Part shown: positions 51,766 to 62,395 of the stretch, in pieces
Layout of the letters: each line of letters opens with the position of its first letter
How positions within the stretch are numbered: the stretch's first letter is position 1
Assembly: GCA_964016885.1 (NCBI GenBank)
Contig: OZ024746.1
Span: 96,906,001-96,970,000, forward strand
Origin: Eledone cirrhosa
Taxonomy: Eukaryota
Direction: 5' to 3'
DNA: 64,000 nucleotides
The notes under the pieces: generated by a model
Database searches by the model: none
What the model was told of the DNA's origin: nothing
What the model saw: only the letters and a program-made list of their open reading frames with translations
Translations under genes and position numbers: made by a program

Positions 51766-54700
51766 TCTGGGGAAAAGGACGACATTGATAATGTCATTGA
51801 GGATGATAATGATGAACTTGATAATAATAATAGATTTAGTTTCACAAACAGGGGGAGATAAGCCTCAATACTCAATTATTTTTTTCAGTAATATCTTTAT
51901 GAAGCATTTTCTGCTCCATATAGATTGTTTATGTCATAGTTATTCCCCCTAAACCCACCCAAATTTAATTATTTTATAATTATGTTCATTATCATAATCA
52001 TCGACATCCTCATTTTACATCCATTTTTCCATACTGCTGTGGGTTGGACAGGTCTTCAAGTTCCAAATGGTTTCACATTCAAGCATTATCTTGATCATAT
52101 ATTCCAGTTTTGGCATGTTTTCTTCAGCTAGATGCCCTTCTTAACAACCACTTTATAGAATGCACCGAAAGTTTATGAAAAATAATATAATAAAATGTAT
52201 GGAAAATTAAATCTGTACTTACAACTACAAATTCCTTTGTGTACACGGCTTATAGGCTTTTGTAGGCGACAAGAGAATAGCCTGAGTTGACATTCAGAAC
52301 CATAAGTCTGACCGTCAGAACCACAAACAAGGTCTGGGTGATCAGAACAGTTGATGTCACATACACATTGGTAGTGGTTATCGATATTTTTGCATGATGC
52401 ACCATATTTACATCGCAAAAGTTGGCAAGACTTTGGTGGTATTTCTGTAACATGAGATAGAATATAAAAATATATACAACAGATAGAGTCAAATTGAACC
52501 TAAAAGATATTAGCAAACAACACAACAACAAGCATTTTAAGGTTAAAACAGAAGTTAGCCATGCAGGCCTCATGACATCTCATTCTCATCATGATGTTTT
52601 TTGAAGTAATGTTTTATATCAGATACCCTTCAGGAGTCTCATCTTTTAGTCACCTCATATGACATGCAGGGATACAGTATACCTATTCTAAACTAGATCC
52701 ACACAGCATTATCTGTAAAACACTTCATCAGGCAATATCGGTAGTGTCAGACACTATACTTCGCAGCAGAGAGTTACGTGCCTTTGCGTTCTGAGTTTAA
52801 ATCCCGCCAAAGTTAATAAATTACGGGATCGATAAAATAAAGTACCAGTAATACACTGGGGTAATTGCTGGCCTTGTACCAAAAGTAAAACATCTCATCA
52901 TTGGTAGATTGGCAGTTTTGGTAGAGCGTCAGACACCATGCTTTGCAGCATAGAGTTATGGCCCTTTATGTTCTGAGTTCAAATCCCGCCGAGGTTAACT
53001 TTGCCTTCATCCTTACGGGGTCAATAAAATAAAGCACCAGTAATGCACTGGGGGGGGGGGGGGGGGTAATTGCTGGCCTTGTGCCAAAAGTAGAAACAAT
53101 TATTATAAGCTAAGTCTAGTGAGTCTAAACAAAATTTTATAGTTAAGATCACAAGTTAACTGAGTCAGTTGAAGTAAGTTATTAACTTGGAAAATCCATA
53201 GAAAATTAGAAATTGAAAAAATGTTATTGCAGTAAACTTCTTATTGTGTCCACAAGAGTGTCAGCAACAAAGCTTCACTAGATGTGGTTCCGCCACAGCT
53301 GAACACATTGCTGTCCTTTCTCAGTAAACTCTGCCAAGTCCAATGCTCTGCAGGGGTGTTCCAGCAGGGAGCATATCAGGAGGTGCTGCGTAGGCTGTGG
53401 TTTGATGACGCAATCACACACAATATCCCCATCCTTTAGAGTAAAGCCACTATATATAATATACCACACTATATATATATACAATATTATATATACACTA
53501 TAAATATACAAGCATAAACAAGAGTCTTGTCATGTCCACAAGAATGTCAGTTACAAAGCTTGGCTAAATGTAGTCCCACCACAGCTGAACACATTGCTGT
53601 CCTTTCTCATTAAACTCTGCCAAGTCCAATACTGTGTAGGAGTGTTCCAGCAGGGGACATATCAGGAGATGCTCTGTAGTCTTTTGCTTGATGCTGCAGT
53701 CACACACAACGTTCCCATCCTTTAAATATCTCCATTTTGCAAGAGTGACTTTTGCACGACCAACACCAGATCTTAATCTGTTGAGGCATTTCCATACTAT
53801 ATAATTTGTATCTGCTCCGGTGTGCAGTGCTTTGCTCGTCTTTAGCTCCATTGTTGTTACATTGCAGTAAACTGATATTAAACAATGATTATGATAATAT
53901 AATTAAGATAGCAGTTAATTAACCATTAACTAAAACAGCTTAATTAACTATTTTGATACTAAACTGCATGAAACTGCACATGATTCTACAAAACTGTTTA
54001 TTTTAATGTGCTCATCTATCATCATCATCATCAACGTTTAACGTCCGTGTTCCACGCTTGCATGGGTTTGGACGGGGGTTTTCCCACTTGAGGCAAGAGT
54101 GATTGTCTTGCTCGCATAGGACTGTCTGGCAGGTTTTCTACAGCTGGATGCCCTTCCTAACACCAACCACATTTACAGTGTGGGTCTGGGAGGTTTTTAC
54201 CGTGTTGCCTACATGGCCACATTACAGCGTGGACTGTGTGTTTTTTTGTCGTGACACCTACACGATCTCATTTGTTTCGGCCTGGATGGTGTGGCACCAA
54301 CATAACTTTACATAGAAGGGGGCAGTGTGGATGGGGTGGGAGTGGTGGGACGGGGTGTATTTTGTTAGAGATGCCTACTGACTGTCGTAGGTTTTACTTT
54401 GTATTTAGGTAAGGCGGGTCTTCTCTATTACTGAGTACCGCCAAAGGTCTCGGTCCAGTGACTACTAAAACTCTGTGATTGTGTGCATGTCTGTAATTTA
54501 ATACAGCGAAATCAGTGCATAATGGGAAAATTCTTTGAAAAGATGTTGCCCCTGAAATGGGAATAAAAAATGGAATAAAACAAGTTCTGTGTAAATCGGA
54601 GCATGGGTTCCTGAGATACAGGGTTTTTCCAGGTACCTTCACAAATAGAGAGAGGGAGAGAGAAAGATAGAGAGAAAGTTATAGTGATTGTGAAAGAGTA

Positions 54701-57700
54701 GATTGAAAGAGAGACATGTCTGTGTATATTTTAATTATTCAAAAATCATTTTTAAGTTGATTTGCAAGCAAACAGCCTCATAACACCATGTGTGTTTCCT
54801 AGATGATTTATGTCCTCCTTTAGTTTCAAAGATGACATCAGTCATCTAGAAAATACATGGTATTATGAGGCTGTTTGCTTGCAAATCAACTGAATATTAA
54901 TAATATTATTATAAAATTATTATTACTCATAATTCACAAATAGGTATCCACCATGATAGAGGGGAGACAAATTTTGTTTTTAATGGAAAGAATATTTTCT
55001 GATTAAACATTTTGTGATATTATTTCTAATAAAAGACATTGCCTATGATTTTCCAATAATTTTGAAAATTAATCAAAAATTTGATGGGATTTAATAATAT
55101 AATTAACTTTCTCATTATTAAATTGAGGTTTAGGATGGTGGTTTGGCAGTATTGGTAAAGCGTCATGGCATAGAATTACGGCCCTTTATGTTCTGAGTTC
55201 AAATCCCAGCGTGGTTAACTTTACCTTTCATGGGGTCGGTAAAAGTACCAGTCAAGCACTGGGGTCAATTTAATTGATTTTCCCCTCCTCGAAAATTGTT
55301 GGCCTTGTGCCTAAACCAGAAACCGTTATTAAGTTGGTGCTGGAATGGCAGCATCAGTAGAGCATCAGACACCATGCTTTGCAGCATAGAGTTGTCGTCC
55401 TTTATGTTCTAAGTTCAAATCTCGCCGAGGTTAACATTGCCTTTCATCTTTACGGGATTGATAAAATAAAGTACCAGTAATGCACTGGAGTAATTGATGG
55501 CCTTGTGCCAAAAGTAGAAACCATTATTAAGTTTATATTTAGAAGATAGCTTATCAAAGATGGCAATTTTGTTAAAGACTATACACATTTTAAAACAAAT
55601 AGTTTTGTATAAAGAATTCGAAATTTGAAAGCCATGACAATGTGAGTTTAGACAGAGAATAATTAAATTGTAAAAAACAGGGCTTGTTTTTTTACTTTAA
55701 TTTATTCATGTCCTGATATTTTGAGATTGATTTCTCTTCTTCTGAGTAACATATACAATGCTTTAAGTAAACTACAAATTCGTACTTTAAATAGTTTTGT
55801 ATTGTAGAACCAGAGGGGGTTTCAAGAGAATTAAGAGTTAGAGATTCTTCCACTTACCAGTGCATCCTTGAGGACCAAGTTGCATTCTGTTTGGACAAAT
55901 GTTGCATTTCATGCCCGTGATTCCAGATTTGCACATACAACGTCCACTGTTCTGTTCACAGTCATCTCGTACAGAGCCATACATATTACAGTTGCATGCT
56001 AAATATAAATAATATAAATACTAAGTAAAACATTTTACATATTGACATTGAAATTAATTGCTTCTGATAAGACGCTCTGGATGGTGTATCTGAAGATTCT
56101 GTCATCGTTACGATCTCAGGAATATATAGGGAAAGAAAAGAACATTGAAATGTTTTATTACAATGTTTTATTACAAGTTTTGGGGTCCCAAAGAAATTGA
56201 CTATTTCTTAACCCTTTAGCATTTTCATGACTCTATATTTACTATTGTACTTTCGTGATAAAGACTTTACCTCACATAATTATCTCACATAATATCGAAT
56301 CTATGGGATTTTGATATTATCTATTTCGAGAACAATACCTTAACGTCAGTATGAGTGGCCAGTTACAGCTCGTTTGAACAGAAAGAGGTGAGAGAATTCT
56401 GGCCGGATATGGTTTAAATGCTAAAGGGTTAAGGTAATTCATTTGAATTATCATTCAAGTCAACTAAATTATATCATATATTTTATGCCAATATGTGCAA
56501 CCTAGTGGTTAAAGTGTAAGGTCAAGGGTTTGATTCCTGGATGACATGGCATGTTGTAACCTTGAGCAAAATACTTCTTTTAACATTACGCACAGCTTAA
56601 AAAAGGGTGCTTAACCATGCAGTACTGGCATCCTTGCCAGTGGGGGCAGAAAAATATATTATTTTTTCACTCACTTAACGTTTATTTTCCACGCTTGCCT
56701 GTGTCAGACAGATAGTCCATATTATGAGGCAAGTCTGGCTGGTTGGCCGTACAGTACCTTGCTCAAACAGAACTGTATTTTGGCCATTTCCTTTACAGCT
56801 GGATGCCCTTCCTAACGTTTACAGTGTATATAAATTTACACATTTTTAGTATATAGACATATAAACATTCCAAATTTATGTATTTTTTTTTATAAATTGA
56901 AAAAACAAACAAACAAACCAATAAACACTTGTTTATCACTTTATCATATCTTCAATTAACAGGGAGATATATACATTTGGTAGTTTTACATGTCTATGTA
57001 TTGAAAATGTGTAAATTTATATACACACTTACACAGTCTCGGTTACCTCTATTTTGTTTATATACAGATATAACCAGGGCCGTCTTAACAGTATTATAGA
57101 CCCCCCCCCCCCCCCGGGCAAAGCAGAGCACTGGGGCCCCTACCTACACAACCACTCACAGGAATAAAAATACAAATGGGCCCCTTATCCTCGTGGGGTC
57201 CCCGGGCAACTGCCCAGCCTGCCCATGCATTAAGACTGCCCTGGATATAACCTTAATCCTTTAGCATTTAAACTGGCTGTATCCGACCAGAATTCTCTCA
57301 ACTCTTTCTGTCCAAACCGGCCATAACTAGCCACTCATACTTATGTTAAGGTATTGTTCTCAAAATAAATAATATCAAAATCTCATAGATTCAATATTAT
57401 GTGCAATATTATGTGAGATAAAGCCATTACCGTGAAAATACAATAGTATATATAGAGTAAAGGGTTAATATTAATAAAACTCAGATAAACTCTGATCACC
57501 TCTTTAAGTCACCACTTACAATATACAGAGTTATGATGTATCTATTCTCAACCAGATACACGCAGTATCTAAGCTATACATAAGAGATTACATTGTGATC
57601 TGAATAAGTATAGTGTGGCTTTGGGGTTAGGGTATTCAGTTTACAATTGTAAGGTTGTGAGTTCAATGCCCAGTGGTGCATTGTGCCTTTAAGCATGACA

Positions 57701-60699
57701 CTTTATTTCCTATTGCTCCAGTCCACTCAGCTGGCAAAAATGAGTTGTACCTGTAATTCGAATGGCCAGCCTTGTCACATTCTGTGTCACACTGAATCTC
57801 TCTGAAAACTACGTTAAAAGTACATGTGTCTGTGGAATGCTCAGCCAGATGCCAGTTAATTTTACGAGCAGGCTGTTCCATTGATCCGATCAACTGGAAC
57901 ACTCGTCATCGTAACCGACGGAGTGCCATGAAAATATCAAATATCAAATTTAATGGAAGCCATTATCAATTAATAGATATCTGATTTATAAAATAAACAA
58001 TAAAGAAGATGTCATAACTTACGTATACAACCTGAACTGCCTTTTTTTATAGTGAGAAGTCCCCAGTTACCAGGTTTACACCGGTCACATCTGAGACCCC
58101 CAACTCCTGGTTTACAAACACATTGCCGGGTATGGGGGTCGCAGCTTGTACCGTATGACCCTAGATGGTTGCATTGACACGAGCCTACGATAAAAAGAAA
58201 AATAACAATGAAAAATAATAAAGAAAAAAATCACCCATTGCAATTTACCTGAAAAATTGTCAGTTAAATGCCAGTTGTTTTCCATATTAGCAAGTGAACA
58301 TTTATTCATTTCTTGGGAATCAATAAATACACATTTAGTCTCAAGAACCTTTTGTGGATAAGGGATATAGAGGGGTGTACATTTCTTTTATTTAATTTTA
58401 TTTTCAAAGGAAAATATGAGAAAGAAAGATTGAGTAACAAAAAAAATAAGTAATGAGAAAATGGAGAAGGGGTAAAGAAGGGCAGATATGGATGTATGGG
58501 AAAGCAGAGGAAAAGACTATGAAAGCCATAAATGAGAGGAAAAGAAGGGGAAAAACAAGGACTCTAGGGTCACAGAAGAGAGGGGGGAAGGGGAGTGGGT
58601 GATGGGTTCTGGGCCTAGGGCATGGCAGTCTTGGGGTTGCACCCAGTGGACAAGACCACAAAAGAATTTCCGCAGACAATGTCCAGTGACACCCACTGCG
58701 AGAGCCACCCCCACCCCGCGGAGCAAGATCAGCAGTCTGCCTGAGGAAGGGATGTAAATTGAAGTTAAACTTAACTCTATCATTACTATATTTCTAATGA
58801 AAGACATTGCCTATAATTTTCAAATAATTTTTTTAAATGATCAAAACTTTGGCTGTATTTATTAATGTAATTAATTTTCTCAGCTAGTGTTTGGAATATA
58901 ACTTAACAAAGATTTTACATAAAATTATAAAGGCTTTGAGACAAATATAAACATTTATTAATAAATTTTAAGCTTTACTGTGTAAATAGACTATGTGGTT
59001 AAACTACAGGGCTCTGTTTGCATAACAAACTGTAAAACTAATTTCACAAGGTTATTGTCAGCTCATCAGGCCTGTCTATTTTACTTGTTCTACTAAGGGA
59101 GACATAATTTATTCCTCCTACTTATGCTGATAGTTACAGGCATCGATTTTACTCATAAATCATAATAATTCTCCCCACAAAAAAAATTAGAATTTCATTT
59201 TTTGCTCTAACATAGCAGATACGTAAGTGCATTCATGAGTTTTATATAAAATAATAATTGTTTCTACTTTAGGCACAAGGCCTGCAATTACCCCAGTGCA
59301 TTACTGGTGCTTTATTCTATCAACCCTGTAAAGGTGAAAGGTGAAGTTAACTTCAGCGGGATTTGAATTCAGAACAGAAAAGGCCATAACTCTATGCTGC
59401 AAAGCATGGTTTCTGCTTATCTACTGAAACTGGCAATCCACTGCCCTGACGGCAATGGTCATCTAAAAACCACAGTGTTATGAGGATGTTTGCTTCCAAA
59501 TGAATCAAATATTATTATTCGATATAAAACTCACGAATGCATTTTTTTCCTCATTGAACTGGTATGTGGAACATTACTCAACAAAGGATCTTACATGAAA
59601 TTATGATGAAAGGTCTTAGTATGAACACTTTAAAAGGAGAAGTTTTGTATCCTAAAACTAGGGTCTGTTTCAAGTGGTTTGGTATTAAAAGGGTTAATAA
59701 AAAGTTAATTTGTTTCAATAATGTGAAAATATATAATCATCGTTGTTTTACATCTGTTTTCCATATGAGTTGGAGTTGGAACAATATTTTGTTTATACAT
59801 TTATTTTTGGCATATTTTTACAGCTGGATTCCTTTTCTAATACCATGGAATATATATGTAAGGAAATGTTTATGATACAAAGACACAGTAAGAATATGAG
59901 GGAGAGAGAGAGGAGGAGGAAAATGCAAGGGAGAGAAATAAACAAGAACATAAACAGGGAAACAAAAAATAAGAAAATAAGAAAATAAAGCAGTTGTTTC
60001 ATGTACAGCAGAGGTTCTCAAATTTTAGGGCCACAATCCCGCCTCACAACAGTGTAATACCCTCAGTGCTCCCACCCCTATTTCCAGAGAGACCTACCTA
60101 CATACAAATTGTAAATAATATATATAATAAATAAAAGCATTAATAAATAATAAAATATATACTATGTATAAATAAATATAAATAATATAATTGTTTCTAC
60201 TTTTTGGCACAAGGCCAGCAATTATCCCAGTACATTACGGGTACTTTATTTTATCGACCCCGTAAGGATGAAAAGTAAAGTTAATCTCGGTGGGTTTTGA
60301 ACTCAGATTGTAAAGGGGCGTAACACTATGCTGCAAATCATGGCGTCCGACCCTCAACCGATACTACCAATCCACCGTTATATAAATAATATAATATATG
60401 CTATGTATAAATAAATATTATATATATATATTTTATTTTACTATATTTATATATAACATGTATCATTTGATATTTGATATTTAATATACTATTATATCAT
60501 CTCTACTGCCCTTTTAGACCATAGCACCACCTGGACCTTCTAAACGCCCCCATCCCAGGGGGCTGGTAGTGCCTACTTTGAGAACCTCTGATGTAGAATA
60601 ACTTACGTGGACAGCCTGCAAAGTTAGGTGCCATTGCTAGTGTAATATTGTCTTCACAGCAACCAAAAGTATGATATTTACAGCCAGTAAACACAAGTT
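10722..60699 (-). CDS. AGRN: Agrin, internal portion; 13 exons join in frame (1956 nt); gene extends beyond both window ends
   Basis: Hand-spliced exons have AG/GT boundaries and matching phases. Domain order LamEGF-LamEGF-Kazal-S/T-EGF-LamG-EGF-EGF-LamG fits agrin, and [32 protein letters not shown] and VRDDCEQ match agrin as I recall it. Confidence 0.93.
11563..12652. repeat. 22-bp minisatellite, roughly 49 copies of CTCTACC(C/A)ATGACATCCTAT(A/G)A
   Basis: Direct tandem periodicity of 22. Confidence 0.95.
12701..12832 (-). CDS. AGRN: Agrin exon: EGF 3 ([43 protein letters not shown])
   Basis: ttttcAG/GTAAGA, 132 nt, phase 1-1. Confidence 0.92.
12891..13200. repeat. 21-bp minisatellite (GTGTTAGTGGTAGTATTAGT(G/A))n
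   Basis: Direct tandem periodicity; explains the low-complexity ORFs here. Confidence 0.93.
13703..13810 (-). CDS. AGRN: Agrin exon: EGF 2 ([35 protein letters not shown])
   Basis: tttcAG/GTAAAG, 108 nt, phase 1-1. Confidence 0.92.
14555..14750 (-). mobile_element. tRNA-derived SINE with Nin/Deu-like core (representative; other copies near 14330, 15300, 18800, 19120-19530, 37990, 39625, 40845-41230, 44900-45320, 45600, 52735-53105, 55135-55530, 59255, 60190, 60815-61210, 63600)
   Basis: A-box-like TGGCAGTATCGG, B box GTTCAAATCC, core gcctttcatccttacggggtcgataaaataaagtaccag, (TTA)n tail. Confidence 0.8.
15862..16090. mobile_element. piggyBac-like MITE of about 225 bp (other copies 17073-17288, 21640-21868, 42481-42678, 56208-56432, 57253-57468)
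   Basis: TIRs TTAA-CCCTTTAGCATTTA...TAAATGCTAAAGGG-TTAA and a shared internal sequence. Confidence 0.8.
16367..16578. mobile_element. Tc1/mariner-like MITE
   Basis: TA-CAGGGTTACCATAAAAACAC...GTGTTTTTTTGGTCACCCTG-TA; partial relative near 49160. Confidence 0.7.
17780..18555. repeat. Cryptic (ACC/CAC)n low-complexity tract
   Basis: Direct. Confidence 0.9.
20669..20808 (-). CDS. AGRN: Agrin exon: laminin G1, C-terminal part ([18 protein letters not shown]...GDVIDGVDI)
   Basis: cttcctgttcAG/GTATGT, 140 nt, phase 2-1, GCIR LamG motif. Confidence 0.9.
20848..21167. repeat. (GGA)n/(GA)n polypurine tract; polypyrimidine on the agrin strand, just upstream of an acceptor
   Basis: Direct. Confidence 0.9.
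23440..26800 (-). mobile_element. Near full-length RTE-clade LINE: APE endonuclease, RT and PHD-like finger; one in-frame TGA at 26466-26468
   Basis: GTINVGS..CCVQET (APE N-terminus), [28 protein letters not shown]; ORFs 26466-26906 and 23736-26423 are in the same frame; (GAT)n tail. Confidence 0.95.
27860..28570 (-). mobile_element. R4/Dong-like non-LTR retrotransposon 3' fragment (CCHC plus restriction-like endonuclease)
   Basis: [38 protein letters not shown]; frameshifted. Confidence 0.75.
29109..29378 (-). mobile_element. Second R4/Dong-like 3' fragment
   Basis: [30 protein letters not shown], homologous to 27894-28199. Confidence 0.75.
31092..31157 (+). ncRNA. Type I hammerhead ribozyme motif
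   Basis: tattttat-CTGATGA-aagcgcacca...tggttgccctt-GAAA-tatgta-TA-ataaaata. Confidence 0.7.
31296..32931 (-). mobile_element. RTE LINE, 5'-truncated and degenerate
   Basis: [16 protein letters not shown]-like Cys cluster, (GAT)n tail. Confidence 0.9.
32935..33645. repeat. Long inverted repeat (arms about 240 bp, spacer about 210 bp)
   Basis: cgtacatgtacatctaatca..cgcgactata is mirrored by tatagtcgcg..tgattagatgtacatgtacg. Confidence 0.85.
33906..34046. repeat. Four tandem copies of a 35-bp SINE core segment (gttgtttccttgagcaagacactttatttcacatt)
   Basis: Exact periodicity of 35. Confidence 0.9.
34095..34808 (+). mobile_element. Two RTE 3'UTR fragments with (GAT)n tails
   Basis: ggttggtgttaggaagggcatcca motif. 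Confidence 0.75.
35230..35445 (-). CDS. AGRN: Agrin exon: laminin G1, middle ([12 protein letters not shown]...GFLQVDG...[10 protein letters not shown])
   Basis: ttttacAG/GTAAGT, 216 nt, phase 2-2; not in the ORF track. Confidence 0.92.
35714..37965 (+). mobile_element. Tx1/L1-clade LINE, 5'-truncated; RT plus zf-RVT-like C-terminus with several stops
   Basis: [57 protein letters not shown]; AATAAA then (TTA)n. Confidence 0.88.
40554..40755 (-). CDS. AGRN: Agrin exon: laminin G1, N-terminal part (PSFSGTSYL...DGIILFN...[16 protein letters not shown])
   Basis: tttAG/GTAAAT, 202 nt, phase 1-2. Confidence 0.92.
41230..41780. mobile_element. Non-autonomous Helitron/Helentron-like remnants
   Basis: tctatatat..gtctgtctgtc starts on both strands; terminal hairpin actagcagaaaacc...ggttttctgctagt ending CTAGT. 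Confidence 0.45.
42055..42206. repeat. (GAA)n then (CTA)n microsatellites; probable tail of a LINE 3' remnant at about 41860-42055
   Basis: Direct. Confidence 0.85.
42256..42405 (-). CDS. AGRN: Agrin exon: EGF 1 ([33 protein letters not shown])
   Basis: gcAG/GTGAGT, 150 nt, phase 1-1. Confidence 0.92.
43605..43987. repeat. Palindrome (about 190-bp arms, centre 43796) with a hammerhead motif in each arm
   Basis: Arms are reverse complements; hammerhead at 43879-43944 (+) and 43648-43713 (-). Confidence 0.88.
43879..43944 (+). ncRNA. Type I hammerhead ribozyme motif
   Basis: tattttgt-CTGAGGA-..catattgtcaatatg..-GAAA-tatata-TA-atgaaata. Confidence 0.62.
44429..44551 (-). CDS. AGRN: Agrin exon: 6-Cys EB/EGF-like module ([40 protein letters not shown])
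   Basis: ttttacAG acceptor, GTATTT donor (weak), 123 nt, phase 1-1, open frame with CxCxxG(F) motif; not in the ORF track. Confidence 0.78.
44650..46115 (+). mobile_element. Three Dong/R4-like 3' remnants (about 44655-44880, 45340-45590, 45820-46115) each bounded by (TAA)n, interleaved with SINEs
   Basis: [22 protein letters not shown]; [16 protein letters not shown]; [22 protein letters not shown]. Confidence 0.65.
46713..46761 (+). ncRNA. Type I hammerhead-like motif (second family)
   Basis: gattc-CTGATGA-tttctaaagaat-GAAA-cag-ttctagtc-ctg-TA-gaatc; stems I and III pair, stem II closing pair is non-canonical; degenerate copy at 23035-23080. Confidence 0.55.
47521..47800. repeat. Inverted repeat (about 115-bp arms)
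   Basis: 47521-47635 is the reverse complement of 47685-47800. Confidence 0.85.
48209..48545 (+). mobile_element. tRNA-derived CORE-like SINE (relatives at about 8000, 29870-30145, 33895, 56500, 57615-57930)
   Basis: TGGCTTAGTGG A box, GTTCAATTC B box, ttgagcaagacactt-type core. Confidence 0.7.
48977..49117 (-). CDS. AGRN: Agrin exon: Ser/Thr-rich segment ([46 protein letters not shown])
   Basis: ttatAG/GTAAGT, 141 nt, open in phase 1-1, S/T-rich at the expected position. Confidence 0.8.
49815..51528 (+). mobile_element. RTE LINE, 5'-truncated, with an internal deletion removing YADD
   Basis: ORFs 49905-50327, 50406-50753, 50757-51128; (GAT)n tail. Confidence 0.9.
51600..51660 (+). ncRNA. 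Type I hammerhead ribozyme motif
   Basis: tattttat-CTGACGA-aagcgtactaaaatattggtaccctt-GAAA-tatgta-TA-ataaaata. Confidence 0.72.
52223..52444 (-). CDS. AGRN: Agrin exon: follistatin/Kazal domain (CKYGASC...[20 protein letters not shown]...HKGIC)
   Basis: ttacAG/GTAAGT, 222 nt, phase 1-1, Kazal motif VCGSDGxTY. Confidence 0.93.
53245..53820 (-). mobile_element. Two tandem 3' ends of a LINE with a C-terminal CCHC
   Basis: [26 protein letters not shown], duplicated at 53278-53440. Confidence 0.65.
54020..54462 (-). mobile_element. RTE LINE 3'UTR fragment
   Basis: Near-identical to 3590-4005. Confidence 0.85.
55858..55998 (-). CDS. AGRN: Agrin exon: laminin-EGF 2 ([46 protein letters not shown])
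   Basis: AG/GTAAGT, 141 nt, phase 1-1. Confidence 0.93.
57075..57243. mobile_element. hAT-like MITE with an 8-bp TSD
   Basis: TIR cagggccgtcttaa / ttaagactgccctg; GATATAAC on both sides (57067-74, 57244-51). Confidence 0.85.
58023..58184 (-). CDS. AGRN: Agrin exon: laminin-EGF 1 ([53 protein letters not shown])
   Basis: AG acceptor, GTAAGT donor, 162 nt, phase 1-1, 8-Cys laminin-EGF pattern. Confidence 0.93.
60009..60590. mobile_element. hAT/Charlie-like MITE containing a nested SINE
   Basis: TIR cagaggttctcaaa / tttgagaacctctg; flanks atgtacag and atgtagaa. Confidence 0.65.
60607..60699 (-). CDS. AGRN: Agrin exon: Cys-rich linker before laminin-EGF ([30 protein letters not shown])
   Basis: ctttctcttAG acceptor, GTAAGT donor, 93 nt, phase 1-1. 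Confidence 0.9.
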
Positions 60700-62117
60700 C
60701 TAAGAGAAAGTGAAATAACAGAATACAAACATGCACATGCATTGAACATACATTATATTTTGCTGAGGTTGATATTTCAGTGAATGATTTTAACCCTTTT
60801 CTTACCATGTATTTAATTGTTTCTACTTTTGGCACAAGGCCAGCAATTACCCCAGTGTATTACTGGAGCTTTATTTTATCGACCCCGTAAGAATGAAAGG
60901 CAAAGTTAACATCGGTGGGATTTGAACCCTAACTATAAAGGGCCGTAACTCTATGCCGTAAAGCATGGCGTCTGACCTTCTACCGATACTGCCAATACTC
61001 CAATGATGAGATGTTTTACAGATAATTGTTTGTACTTTTGGCACAAGGCCAGCAATTACCTCAGTGTATTACTGGTACTTTATTTTATCGACTCCGTAAG
61101 GATTAAAGGCAAAATTAACCTCGGTGGGATTTGAACTCTGACTGTAAAGGACCGTAACTCTAAGCTGCAAAGCATGGCATCTGATCCTCTACCGATACTG
61201 CCAATCCATAGCCCTTGATATGTAGCCAATGATTTTAAAATAATTATATACTATTGCAAAGGTTTGAGGGCATGGTCGGATTTAATGGGGGGGGGGGGGG
61301 GGTAATGGGAGAAATTGCACCCTAGGCCCTTGCAATGGGGTTGGGGCACCAACAATGGTCATAGCAATTTATTTGTGCCCTCAGCTGGGCTTTTTAGTTT
61401 TAGGATGGTTAGAAGTTTTGAATTTAACACCTGTATGTATAACTTTTCAACTCCAATTACTTGTACCAAGCTAACTTTGATATGTAAAATTAGTGGAGTT
61501 TGCTCTGTATGAGGGGCCCCCAAAACCTGAAGTGCTCCAGGCCCCCTCATGGTCTAAATCCAACCCTGATCAGGGGTTGGCCTTGGAGCAAGAGGGTGGT
61601 GTCTTATGTGGGGGCTGCCTTGCTCTCTGTGGTGGCTTGGGCTGGACTGAGAAAAAGTGTCAGAGGAGATGGAGGTATAGGTTTTGTAGGGAAAGTGACT
61701 CAGTCAATGTTCATCTTAGCTATCCATGCTAGCATGCAAGGACCTAAGAGTTGTTATATATTTCTGTTTTGGGTATAGGGTGGGGGAAGGGAATTCAGGA
61801 GTATACAGGCAGGTGGTGTGTCTGGAAAAATCTGAATGTTGTACCATCTCCCTGCTTCTTTGGGTTGGGAGAGGGGAGAGCAAGTTAGCAGGAGACATTC
61901 ACTATGTGATTGCTTCATCTCACTTGCGTGGGAAAGTGTGTCTCTTGTATTGCGGAATATTGCCAATCCTACATATATACGTACTTAGGGTAGTAGAGTG
62001 GGTAAAAGGAAAAGAGCCAGGACCCCTACGGCAGAGCTCAAGCCGTTTCGACAGCTATGTCTAGACTGTCCAGAAATAGCTGATGAAACGGCTTGAGCTC
62101 TCTTTTCCTTATATATA

Positions 62118-62395
62118 TATATTGTTATACTTTGGGAGGGTCATGTTGTCAATAAAAACACCCGCACCTTATTATACATTTCCGGTTGGTTGGTTCAATA
62201 ACCAGAAGTTCGTTTATATATTGTCAAAGCTTTTTTTGTCACACATTCTGTGACCTCCTCAGGGACTAGGGCAATATATAAACAACCATCCGGTTATTGA
62301 ACCAACCAACCAGAAATTTATAATAAATTGGAGTGAAAACCAACAGGTGCGTGTGTTTTTGTTGGCAATGTGACCCTCCCAAAGTATAACAATAT
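62118..62395. repeat. Fold-back element with imperfect arms of about 100 bp
   Basis: atattgttatactttgggagggtca ... tgaccctcccaaagtataacaatat. Confidence 0.75.

Noticed and set aside
61271-61568. Possible hAT MITE (catggtcggattta / taaatccaaccctg)
   Set aside because: Imperfect TIRs and no clear TSD
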